A stretch of 63,963 bases of DNA, filler included, from Dirinaria sp. TL-2023a (taxonomy: Eukaryota): the NCBI GenBank assembly GCA_051941275.1. It is 3 parts of 3 records of this genome, joined end to end, with 100 filler letters (N's around TTAATTAATTAA, not from the genome) between each part and the next. Parts side by side here need not be neighbours in the genome. Positions count along the whole stretch, not along the records: positions 1 to 22,530 come from JAVEBF010000221.1; 2 more parts are not named here. One strand, 5' to 3'. Below, piece after piece: positions 1-9,189 of the stretch. The first letter of the stretch is position 1. Each line of letters starts with the position of its first letter. The translations under genes were made by a program, and so were the position numbers. The notes below the pieces were generated by a model. It saw nothing but the letters and a program-made list of their open reading frames with translations, did not search any database and was not told the origin of the DNA.

Positions 1-1168
1 CCTCTTTGCCGACCAGATTCCTCCCCACCTTCCCGGGCCCCAAGCCAACCCACCGCTTGACGCGCCACTCCTGGTCCAGATAGCGGATACTGTCCCACCA
101 CCGCACGGTCTCGACGCACTGCCTCGCCAGCAAATCCTTCAACTCGGCCTCGGACTCGAACGGGCGCGCGGAGACATTGCTCACGCAGGGAAACGCGGCG
201 GGGAAACGGACGGGCGTGCTGGCCAGGAGATCGCGCATGCGCGCCGTCGCGTCCGCCATGAGCGGGGAATGGAAGGGGGAATCGGAACCGAGGCGGACGG
301 CGCGGGGATCGTGCCCGCCGAACTGGCGCAGCTGGACCAGCAGCGCGTGGATCCGCTCGATGTTGCCCGACAGCACGATCTGGTTCTTGGAGTTGATGTT
401 CGCGATCAGCACCTGCTGGATCGGGGGCGTGTTGCTGGCGGAATCGTCGTCGTGGCCCCGCGTGCCTTCGTGGCCCAGGAACGCGTGCACCGTCTCGATC
501 AGCGAGCCCAGCCGCTCCGGCTCACACACCACCGCCACCATGCCGTACTCGCAACCTTGATTCTCGCGGCTCGCCGCCCGGCTGCACGCTGCCATCACTT
601 CGGCCCGCCGCCGCACCATTTTCAGTGCGTCCACGTAGTCGAGGTGCGCGCTGCTGACCAGCGCCGCAAATTCCCCTAATGAATGACCCAGGCAGACATC
701 AATGCGTTCGGAGGTGCGGAAGCCGAAGTCCTGCTCGAGAACGCGCAGGATCATGATGCTCACGGCCATGATTGCCGGCTGGGCGTTTTCGGTCGCGGTC
801 AGAGCGGAGTTGGGCCCGGAGGCGATGATTCGGGAGAGCGGGGCGGAGAGCAGGTGGTCGACTTCTTCGAGGAAAGGGACGCATGTTGCTGGGAAGGCGG
901 AGAGCCAGGGCCCCGCCATGCCGACTCTTTGCACGCCTTGGCCCGGGAAGAAGAGCGCGGTTTTGGGCCGCGTGGGCGCTGAGGAGGATGTGGATTGCCA
1001 TCTTCGATGAAGATGAGGGGGGTTTGAATGGCTCCGAGGGTGGAGAAGGGGAGTGGATGGATCTTTGCGGCGGACGAAGGAGGGTAGAAACCGTGGGGGG
1101 GTATTGTTACCGCAGATGATGCTGCGGAATTCGATTCGGCCATTGGTCGGGGTTCTCTTCATCGCCAT
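1..1168 (-). CDS. MCT1: Mitochondrial malonyl-CoA:acyl carrier protein transacylase (FabD family), 3' end runs off the window
   Basis: Manual translation of an unlisted minus frame: MAMKRTPTNG...PKTALFFPGQGVQRVGM...TENAQPAIMA...CLGHSLGEFAAL...ANINSKNQIVLSG...SPFHSPLM...QCVETVRWWDSI...GPGKV. FPGQG, GHSLG (catalytic Ser) and FHS motifs are diagnostic. Arg/Ser-rich N-terminal extension; start codon uncertain (1168 or 1162). Confidence 0.93.
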   Translation of the reverse strand, partial: MAMKRTPTNGRIEFRSIICGNNTPPRFLPSFVRRKDPSTPLLHPRSHSNPPHLHRRWQSTSSSAPTRPKTALFFPGQGVQRVGMAGPWLSAFPATCVPFLEEVDHLLSAPLSRIIASGPNSALTATENAQPAIMAVSIMILRVLEQDFGFRTSERIDVCLGHSLGEFAALVSSAHLDYVDALKMVRRRAEVMAACSRAASRENQGCEYGMVAVVCEPERLGSLIETVHAFLGHEGTRGHDDDSASNTPPIQQVLIANINSKNQIVLSGNIERIHALLVQLRQFGGHDPRAVRLGSDSPFHSPLMADATARMRDLLASTPVRFPAAFPCVSNVSARPFESEAELKDLLARQCVETVRWWDSIRYLDQEWRVKRWVGLGPGKVGRNLVGKE

Positions 1169-1804
1169 CGAGTCTCCTATCTCCTACTCTCTTTGGCAGA
1201 GATTTGGTCTCAAGCCTGTTCACCATAGCCATCGCAGAGTGGTTGGTGATGAAGGACGAAGAAATCGTAAATAATATCGCTGCAGGTGGGCGAATGGAGC
1301 TCGAGGGGCTGCTTCCAGCCTTAGGACTAGCGGGTAAAGTAAGGTAAAGTAGCATTTCAAGGAACCCTAGGACGACGCCATAAGTTCCGGCTAGCGTCAT
1401 GTTAGCCAAGACAAGCTGTTCAGGTAAGGTAATTACAGGTAAGGTAAGGTAGGCTTTACAGAAGACAGTTGTACCCTAGCTATGTAGCAAGTTGGCGAGC
1501 TCGGGTGGGAGCATTAGGTGACCCCCGGGGCAAATTCCAGTTGACTCCACCCGTAGCATTGAACGCGCTAGTCAGGACTTATGGCGTCGCCCTCCATATA
1601 AATCTCTACATCGAAACAGAGAACACTCGCGGTTTTTGAGATCTCGTTCTATCAAAATTCAATTGTCGCTTTTTCGATTCCATTTCAAAATATATCTAAT
1701 CATTCCGATTCGTCGCCAGGTATAAATCGCTCTATAAGGGTCGAGGTATCTTCAATCGCTTAACATTCGCAAAATGACACACTGAATCAAAGAATGAGAA
1801 TCCC

Positions 1805-2524
1805 CTACAGTATCCGAATTCCCCAATACCATACAAGAGGGGCAATGACACCCGCTAACGTCCACCGTGCTTTCCCAGCATGCATTGCAGCTGCTGAACT
1901 CACTGGCTGCGGCGAAGGCGGCGGGGCTGTGGCGGCAGCAGCAGCAGAAGTGGTTGATGTTGATGTAGACCTCGATGTACTTCCCGAGCTAGGCACGAGT
2001 TGATTCGGAGGCGGCGAAGGAGTTGTGGAAGGCATGGGTGTTGGCGTGGTCGAACAAGATGTTGCTGTACTGCAACCACCCCCGTTTCCGTCGTCAGGTC
2101 TATTTTCAGGCTCGTGATGACCTCCGCCTTCATTCTCGGTGCTAGAGGGATCTTGATCCCCATGCGAGCCCTCCGAGTGAGCATCAGAGTCATCAGAGTC
2201 ATCAGAGTCATCAGATTCTGAGTCTTTGTCCCCTTCTGACTGATTCTGATCTTGCCCAGGCTTAGTGGAAGGACCACCAGGACCCTCAGGGGCAGAAGGT
2301 CCAGGATGCTCCTGTGCACCCGGATCTGGATGGGTTCCTTGGTTCACTGCTGGGGTAGAGCCGCTCCCTACGGGTCTGCGTCGGCGGATGGCTGGAACAA
2401 CGTTTTGAAAATATAAGGACGTAGAACTAACATCAACAGCAGAAAGACTGGTGGCGACCGAAGAGGCAGAAGGAGGGATGACAGACAGGAAAAGAGCAGA
2501 CGCGAGGGTATAGTAGGAACGCAT
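1805..2524 (-). CDS. Secreted, probably GPI-anchored low-complexity (Pro/Gly/Asp/Ser/Thr-rich) surface protein
   Basis: From the ATG at 2524: signal peptide MRSYYTLASALFLSVIPPSASS, RRRR site, acidic SDD repeats, Ser/Thr/Pro stalk, then C-terminal SSAAAM followed by a hydrophobic tail (WTLAGVIAPLVWYWGIRIL). Confidence 0.7.
   Translation of the reverse strand: MRSYYTLASALFLSVIPPSASSVATSLSAVDVSSTSLYFQNVVPAIRRRRPVGSGSTPAVNQGTHPDPGAQEHPGPSAPEGPGGPSTKPGQDQNQSEGDKDSESDDSDDSDDSDAHSEGSHGDQDPSSTENEGGGHHEPENRPDDGNGGGCSTATSCSTTPTPMPSTTPSPPPNQLVPSSGSTSRSTSTSTTSAAAAATAPPPSPQPVSSAAAMHAGKARWTLAGVIAPLVWYWGIRIL
2182..2215. repeat. 9-bp coding tandem repeat (CATCAGAGT) x about 3.8, encoding SDD repeats
   Basis: Direct reading of the sequence. 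Confidence 0.9.
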
Positions 2525-3285
2525 CTTGCCTACTGTACAATGGTACTGGAGAACGAGAGTGTGCCTAGGACGGATAAAACGAGCGGCGACAGTTTGGATC
2601 ATGAAATCGCAGGACATGATTATTGAACATATATGATATCTTCACTGGAGCCAAGAATTGAAATATTAAGGGGGTCGAAAAATTAATGTAACAGAAAGAT
2701 GGCAGTGCAATGCTGGGTCTGGAGGCACTGTTCGCCGAGAAATTGGTTGGCTTTGACAATTGTTTTGCCGGCCCGACCCTTCGCTTGCGGTGCGCGCCAT
2801 GCCTGATGTACCAGTGGATACATAAGCTGAAGGAAATGATGGCCACTCATGGAACCGACGGCAATTGAAAACTCAGCCGCACTTCTATCAATATCTTAGA
2901 GGATGTAGAAGCAAGTCGATCGGCAGTTTCAAGAGCCTTCCCCGTGTGGAGGTCTTCAGAACACTATCAGTGAAAACCTTCTGCTTGTCAAAGAACGCTA
3001 CGGGCTGTAGCTGCCTACCCGATCCGGATGGTCGTAGAAGTACTGTACTGACAACTCCAGCTCCAGAATAGTTGCAGCTGAGTACTGATAGGACTTACAA
3101 TATCTTCCGGATGGAACTGATGTCGGATTGTTGAGTCGTCACCCTGTCTTTTTAGATGCTCCATTGGCAGGGCATAGAACACCACGCTGCTTGCTGTCCA
3201 ATGCCCATCGTGTACTTCCAATGCGTCCACATCAAGCATCCTTCCATCCGCTGAACGCTATTGATTGCGATATGGCCAATCACGC

Positions 3286-5523
3286 TTACGTGTCCGTGCC
3301 CTTTTTTCGCTCGTCCAAGCCTTCGGCTCCCTTTCCCCACGCACCAGCCTTCTTACCCCATTTCATCATCCCCCAAGCATGAGACCAGCCAATTTTGGGT
3401 GGTGGTTCTGAAGCTGTTCGGAACGGGCTAGCTCCATGCCTGAAAAGCCCCTGCTCATCTTTCCCCAATTCTGCGTTTTGGCTTGCACCCAGAGGCGAGC
3501 CGCACGCCATTTCTTGCTCATCCGAGCTTCTTTCCCAGCGCCGTACATCTTCGCTCAACGGCCGCCACCATCCTGGTTCCTGTCGCGCCCACCATTTCTC
3601 CGAGCACATCTCCCACAGCCTGCTCCTTGCCCTTTTGTACGCAAAGCGCTCGTCTTCTCCTGTGAAGCTTCCCGTTCTGGAGAAATTCGGGGCACTGGGA
3701 CTACTGCCAATCTCATGGCCAGCACCTGGCGCGCCATCACTAAGCCCACGAGAACGTCCAGCGCCGTATGTAGGACCAAAATCGCTGTCTTCGTCGGCAA
3801 GGATGGAACGTGCAGATCGGTGGGAGGGAGAAGGGTTTGATGGTGCGGATGCAGAGGAAATATAAGCAGAGATATTAGGGCGGAAAGGCGAGACAGTGTC
3901 TTGATAGATCTCAGAAAAAGTCTCCGGGTAAACGCCGTCAGCTCTAGCATCCGAGCAGCCACCGTTGGGAGTTACAGGGTTGAGATTCTCAGGAAAGAAG
4001 ATGTCATCAGGCCCTGCTTCGGCCCGAACGAGAAGTTTGCAACGTGCTTCATACAGAGCATCAAGAAGTGTGATAAAGCGGCGTGCTTCATTCTTTTGAA
4101 GTAATGTCAGCATTGGAACGTCAGTCAGGATCATGGTGTGGAACTTTGAGGCAAGACTAATGTAGTCCGCCGGGCCAACATTCGCGGAGCAAAGCTCGGC
4201 GAAATCCCAATGTGTGACTCCAGAAAAATGTTTGGGTATGATGAAACCACGACCGTAAACTCGAATCGATGTACTTTGCCACGGTATCGAAGCTATGGAA
4301 GTGGGAGTCCTCGGGAGACTTGTGAAAGATCGTAGGACCGCCAGCTCCCAAGCATTGTCTGACGAGGACGAAGTATTTGAGAGCAAATAGTTTCTTGGTA
4401 GGACCATTTTTGAACTGATCCTCTCTTTTTCTGGGCTCTGCCCTGCCGGCTTCGAATGCACACTTTGCTCATAGCCCAATCCTATATTGCCAGGGGCCAT
4501 AGGCTCCAAGCCCTCGAACCCTTGGTCCCTGCCAATGCTTTCCAATGCCTCGCCTTCCGAAGTATTTTCCAACTTGGCTGAATGCCTCCTCCAGTCTTTT
4601 GCTCCTTCCATCTGGAAAATCTCACATCGACTGCGCAAGACCTCCAGAAAGGCTGCAAAATCGCCTTTGTCGGGCAAAGTATTGCCATTCCCTCGGCCAA
4701 TCTTTTGCTTGCCTAGTGATCCCCAGCGAGAGCGGAATAGTCCCAGTCGGGAAGCAGGCGGTGTTGTGAACTCAATGCCGGAAGCATTTGCCAGCTCTTC
4801 TGGCATACGATTGCTTGTGGCTATCAGCACGCCACCAAGATGGAAGAATGAGGTAAGTAGATTAGACAATATCTTGGAAGCAGCTCGGTCCGGCAATTGA
4901 AACTCGTCTAGAAAGATGATAGGTGATGTACTGATGAGATCTTTCGCTAGTAATACAAGCGAAGGCTCCTCACTTTCCGCAGTTGCACTTCCCAAGCGGG
5001 ATTTTCTCAATTGCTCCAGCCTCGAGAATGTCTCCAACATGAACGCGTTGAAATGCCATCGCCTTTTCTTTCCATTTGGCAGACAATCCGCAAATAGGTC
5101 AATTAGCATGCTTTTGCCAGTGCCGACTTCGCCATACAGCAGGAGACCTTGCGGCGACTGGATTTGTGTGGCAGACTCATGATCAGTCAGCTTTCTGGTG
5201 AGAGCAAGTGTCTCTGCCCTATCATTACGGGCTCTATAAGCCGCAAGTATGCCCTTGGGTCCTCCATTTGGCCCTGACTCGTGAGCTTCCCGAGGCTGCT
5301 GGCTGAGATTGGTTTTCGCTACTGTCCGTGATAGTTGCCTTATATGGTGACTGTACTCGATCTCGGGTTCGTAGTCGACCAGCCGATGATATATTTTCTG
5401 CAGATGGATTGCAAGCCGGTGCTGGGCTGGGTCAGGGTCGATTCTTTTGGTCGCAAGCAAGGTCCGATAAAGAATCAAAGGGTTTGTGATAGTCAGACCA
5501 GTCGATGGGTGCACCGCTGGCAT
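3286..5523 (-). CDS. AFG1: AFG1/ZapE-family ATPase (long fungal type, 745 aa, intronless)
   Basis: PQGLLLYGEVGTGKSMLIDLF (Walker A), RRWHFNAFM, IIFLDEFQ (Walker B), ATSNRMPEEL, GPADYI, NEARRFITLLDALYE, FAYKRARSRLWEM. Confidence 0.92.
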   Translation of the reverse strand: MPAVHPSTGLTITNPLILYRTLLATKRIDPDPAQHRLAIHLQKIYHRLVDYEPEIEYSHHIRQLSRTVAKTNLSQQPREAHESGPNGGPKGILAAYRARNDRAETLALTRKLTDHESATQIQSPQGLLLYGEVGTGKSMLIDLFADCLPNGKKRRWHFNAFMLETFSRLEQLRKSRLGSATAESEEPSLVLLAKDLISTSPIIFLDEFQLPDRAASKILSNLLTSFFHLGGVLIATSNRMPEELANASGIEFTTPPASRLGLFRSRWGSLGKQKIGRGNGNTLPDKGDFAAFLEVLRSRCEIFQMEGAKDWRRHSAKLENTSEGEALESIGRDQGFEGLEPMAPGNIGLGYEQSVHSKPAGQSPEKERISSKMVLPRNYLLSNTSSSSDNAWELAVLRSFTSLPRTPTSIASIPWQSTSIRVYGRGFIIPKHFSGVTHWDFAELCSANVGPADYISLASKFHTMILTDVPMLTLLQKNEARRFITLLDALYEARCKLLVRAEAGPDDIFFPENLNPVTPNGGCSDARADGVYPETFSEIYQDTVSPFRPNISAYISSASAPSNPSPSHRSARSILADEDSDFGPTYGAGRSRGLSDGAPGAGHEIGSSPSAPNFSRTGSFTGEDERFAYKRARSRLWEMCSEKWWARQEPGWWRPLSEDVRRWERSSDEQEMACGSPLGASQNAELGKDEQGLFRHGASPFRTASEPPPKIGWSHAWGMMKWGKKAGAWGKGAEGLDERKKGTDT

Positions 5524-6131
5524 GAAGTTACCAACAGCTCGAATGAGCCTTTGACATTGCTTTGATCACCCCTCGTCGAAGGTGCGTTGGTCGACTCGAA
5601 GATAAAGAGTCGTGACGCCATACCTCAGTATCGTACGTTACACACCTTTCGTAATTTTGGTATTGATACCACATGTCTTTAAAGGTATTTAGAAGAGATC
5701 TATCAGATTCAATAAAATAATAGCGAGTCTCATATCCCTAGCTGATGGCCAATCGATTAGCTATATCCAAAGCCTTTTCCATCACATATTTGCTTCTACA
5801 TCGCCTGACATATGTGTTAAAAATGATTGGATTTCCACTGGTCTCGAATCATCCGATTGGACTCATGGTCCCCTATCGTGACTGGCCCTTCCACTTGCAT
5901 GCCCCCGCTGTTTGCTACGGGAGCACGCAATTCCTGTCTCACGTGAGTCCGATCTTCTCAAATTTGGCAAGACGATCGGGACCACGAACTGTATAAGTAG
6001 AAGTGATCTTCCCATGGTTCAGCGGGCATTTCAACTAAACCAGCTCAACCTCACTACACGTTGCTTAAAAAAGCAAGCTCGCGAGAAAGAGAAAAAGAGC
6101 AAAAAAGAGAACTTCCATTCAAGCAGTCATC

Positions 6132-6509
6132 ATGCCCAAGGAAATGACCAAAGAAGATGCATCTCGCATCCAATCCACTCAAGTCTGTTCTAGAATCCTT
6201 TTTTTCCTCAAGAGTCACACTCTAATATTCTAGCAGGCCAAGTCTGGTGGAGACACGAGCAAGGGTGGCTTTGCCGCCCGAGCCCAATCCGCTGGCGATA
6301 GGAATACCAATACAAGTTCGACAGGTCAAACCGGTGACAATCCAGGCAGTGGTGGTCAGGGTCTCAAAAGTATTTTTGGAAACGCTCCCAGTGGTGGCGT
6401 TGGAGCTGAGAGGACAGAGATAGGGCTTCAAAGGTGTCGAGCAATGAGTGCCGCGGAGCTGGCTCCGCAGATGGAGAATGAAATTCGACTTTGTGTGACG
6501 GAATCTTAG
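6132..6509 (+). CDS. Small SMP (seed-maturation-protein)-like hydrophilic protein; exons 6132-6182 and 6237-6509
   Basis: Not in the ORF track. Spliced translation MPKEMTKEDASRIQSTQ|AKSGGDTSKGGFAARAQSAGDRN... fits the recurrent fungal 'DASRIQS.QAK.GGD...GGFAARAQSA' family. 54-nt GT..CTAAT..CAG intron in phase 0. Confidence 0.8.
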
Positions 6510-6885
6510 AACCCATAGATAATCCAACTTTTTTGGTGGGAAATTGGGTTCAACCAACCTGCTACCGTGATCATATAGATATGCTGGCTAGAACCCGACA
6601 CTAAACAAGCAAATATCGTCCAGTGAGCATTGAAACAAGGATCGTCCGCTTCAAGAGGGGCGTAGCAGGGCGGTGCCAAATGATGGTTTACAGCTTTGCG
6701 GAGAATTATTATAGGACTCAGGCCGAGCTTGCTGTGTGCGCAACTCCAAATCGCCCTTTTCGAATCTCGTCCTTCTGCTGCCAAGTCAGATGAGATCTTT
6801 GCTTAAGGTTCTGCTCCACAACCGGATCGGCCTCGGCCTGTGCGCTACTTGTCGGGCCACGAGCAAACTATTTTCATCTGTTAGC

Positions 6886-7455
6886 TCAAGCATTCATATC
6901 TTTACATGGCGAACAGATCGAATCCAGATATGTGAGTATGAAACTACCAAACCAACCAAAAAAGGAGTGTAGGCTCACCACGGCTACAGCGTCTTCATGC
7001 ACGAGCCGAAACGTCCAGTACCTGGTAAGTTCATAGCACACGTTCACATCAGCACCCATTTCCTCGAGCTCTTTGCCTAAGCGCTTAGCCTCCATAGTTC
7101 TTCGACCCGTTGCGTACTCAAGGACGATCCTCATGAGCGTCAAATGAGGCTTTTTAAGTTTGGCTACCCTGAGTGCAGGAGCTGTCCATCGTTCAGCGTC
7201 CTGCCAACTTGCTAGTGCAACATCGTACGACACCGATGGCGCTTCTTCAGCAATCCTTTGTTGGAGGCCTGGGGGTGATTCGGAGATGAGAACTGGGGGA
7301 AGAATCTCCATGTGGAAGTTCTCAAATAATTCGATGACGGATGTAAAGGTGGTGAGAAAGTCGAGAAGAGCAATAGGCGAGGACATGCATGCCATGATCT
7401 TCACAAAGATTTCTGATGGGAGTTCTCTCAGGTCTGTGCAAACAGTAGCCGCCAT
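6886..7455 (-). CDS. Hypothetical protein with an N-terminal F-box-like motif
   Basis: MAATVCTDLRELPSEIFVKIMACMSSPIALLDFL resembles the F-box LP.EI...I pattern. 3' exon structure uncertain. Confidence 0.5.
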   Translation of the reverse strand: MAATVCTDLRELPSEIFVKIMACMSSPIALLDFLTTFTSVIELFENFHMEILPPVLISESPPGLQQRIAEEAPSVSYDVALASWQDAERWTAPALRVAKLKKPHLTLMRIVLEYATGRRTMEAKRLGKELEEMGADVNVCYELTRYWTFRLVHEDAVAVVSLHSFFGWFGSFILTYLDSICSPCKDMNA

Positions 7456-8472
7456 TCTATGAATGTCAAGCTCTCGAGTGTTGGATGATATTAAAGACGA
7501 AATGGAATCCTTCGTGGTACCTCGGGTGATAGATAGTATAAATGAATGTCCAGATGGATAAAGTCCAAGAGAAATTGTTGCATTCGTAGCTCTATAAATT
7601 AAGAGTAGGCATACTTGATAAAGTATAGACCAATGACGAGGGGAGTTGCGGGATAAATAATGAGTAGGTGTGCAAAAATAGTATAGCACTCAAATTTGTA
7701 CCATGGCTTCATATTCGCCGGTTGAGCGTAAATGACGCATTGCACCGAGACACGCATCTCCGCAGTCAACGCTTTGGCCACCAAAGTTCTGATAGATGGC
7801 GAAAGAGCCTATCCCGAAGGCTTTCAGGACAGGCTTCTGATTCGTCTAATAATACTTTTGCAAGCTGCAGCGAGTGAACTAGACTGAGATTTTCATGGGG
7901 GAAAAAAGCCATAGCTTAAAGAGCTTCAGACAGGCACAATTCAACAAAAACACGTTGAGCAACCTCAAATGAGTCATTTAGAGTAAACTTTTTGGTTCCT
8001 TCACTTAGACGCCTGGTAGAAATGATTTCAATCAAACATGAACTTTGACGCTTCAGATATACTTGACTAAGTAGAAAGTAGCTTTGGTACCTTGTATTTC
8101 GCTTTAAATGTTGTCCGCGAAGCCCTAAGATATCTTACTTATCTTCTGGCAAACTTGTGGCTCTACGACAACCCCTATCATCAATTATAATGATAAGTAG
8201 ATTGTTCATTCCAGACAGTGGTAGGGTATTCCTCATTACCAACGCTAATTTTCTCGCATTGGAGTAATACAAGCAAGCTGGTGATAAGTCGATACTCGCG
8301 ACGCGAAAATAAAATTGCACTCAATGGCAAGGGCGCCATCTTGGGAATAGCACTTTGCTGCGGAAATTCGTGTCAGAACGACTAGGTGATTCGTGCAGGG
8401 CGAGTGTCCTTTCCAATGCCAAGCGACTGGATGTAAACGCGTGCATTTCACAGTTTGCTCAATCTCGAATTT

Positions 8473-9189
8473 CTAGACGGTATTGAGCCCTGGTCTCCAT
8501 GCATTGCCAATTCTCTCGACTCCCTTGATAAATTGGCGACTTGTTATCTTGCCAGCTGTTCCTTCCGGGACACCTGCTGTTGCCATGGGTATCTGGCCGT
8601 CTGGAATGTAGAAGGGATTCTGCAAAAGTCTTATGTATGCTGTCTGCAGCGCTTTGAATGCCTGTGTTCGCGATATTCCGGTCAGTGGACACTCTTGCCT
8701 TGCTATGAAGCTCTGATGGTTTCCGTCCAACATTATCCTTTCTAGAGACAATGGAAGTGCCTACCGGTTTCAAGTCACCTAACTTGAGACTTTTTGGAGG
8801 GGTTTCTTTTCCAGTCTCGTGAAATTTTCCTTCCTTGCCCCACAGGTCGACGATGATTGCGAATCGAGCCCCCGTGCCTGTTTCCCATCCATAAATGCTT
8901 AGCCTCTCGTCTACATGCTGCAGGCAGCCCAGATCTTGGTCAACTCGATTCTTGTCCTGTGCTCTAGCTTCGAAGATGTCCAGAGAAGAGTTTAGAAGCA
9001 ATGAGAAGTTCAAATGAGCCGAGGGGTTCGAGACATGTGGTGGAAAGAGAGCGATATGTAGAGGGTTGTCCTAGGGTTGCCACAGACCTGTTAGATGAAG
9101 GAAGGTACCTTAGTAGACACTGGACATTGACAGTGACTCACATGTTTGCCTATTACGCCTATGCAGGCTATGCACGGAGTAGAGGCCAT
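8473..9189 (-). CDS. TRAPPC2L: TRAPP complex sedlin-family subunit (TRAPPC2L/Tca17-like); exons 9189-9142, 9070-8765, 8661-8473
   Basis: Spliced: MASTPCIACIGVIGKH|DNPLHIALF...LNSSLDIFEAR...DQDLGCLQHVDERLSIYGWETGTGARF...|AFKALQTAYIRLLQNPFY. GTGAGT and GTAGGC donors. Confidence 0.88.

Noticed and set aside
1..1000. High GC and no introns in MCT1 as a sign of bacterial horizontal transfer
   Set aside because: It has a eukaryote-type N-terminal extension, and DES1 shows a similar local GC rise. Nothing short of a phylogeny would support transfer.
177..1119. Several overlapping plus-strand ORFs in the GC-rich first kilobase
   Set aside because: They are antisense shadows of the GC-rich MCT1 coding sequence, which the ORF track missed because its stop lies outside the window.
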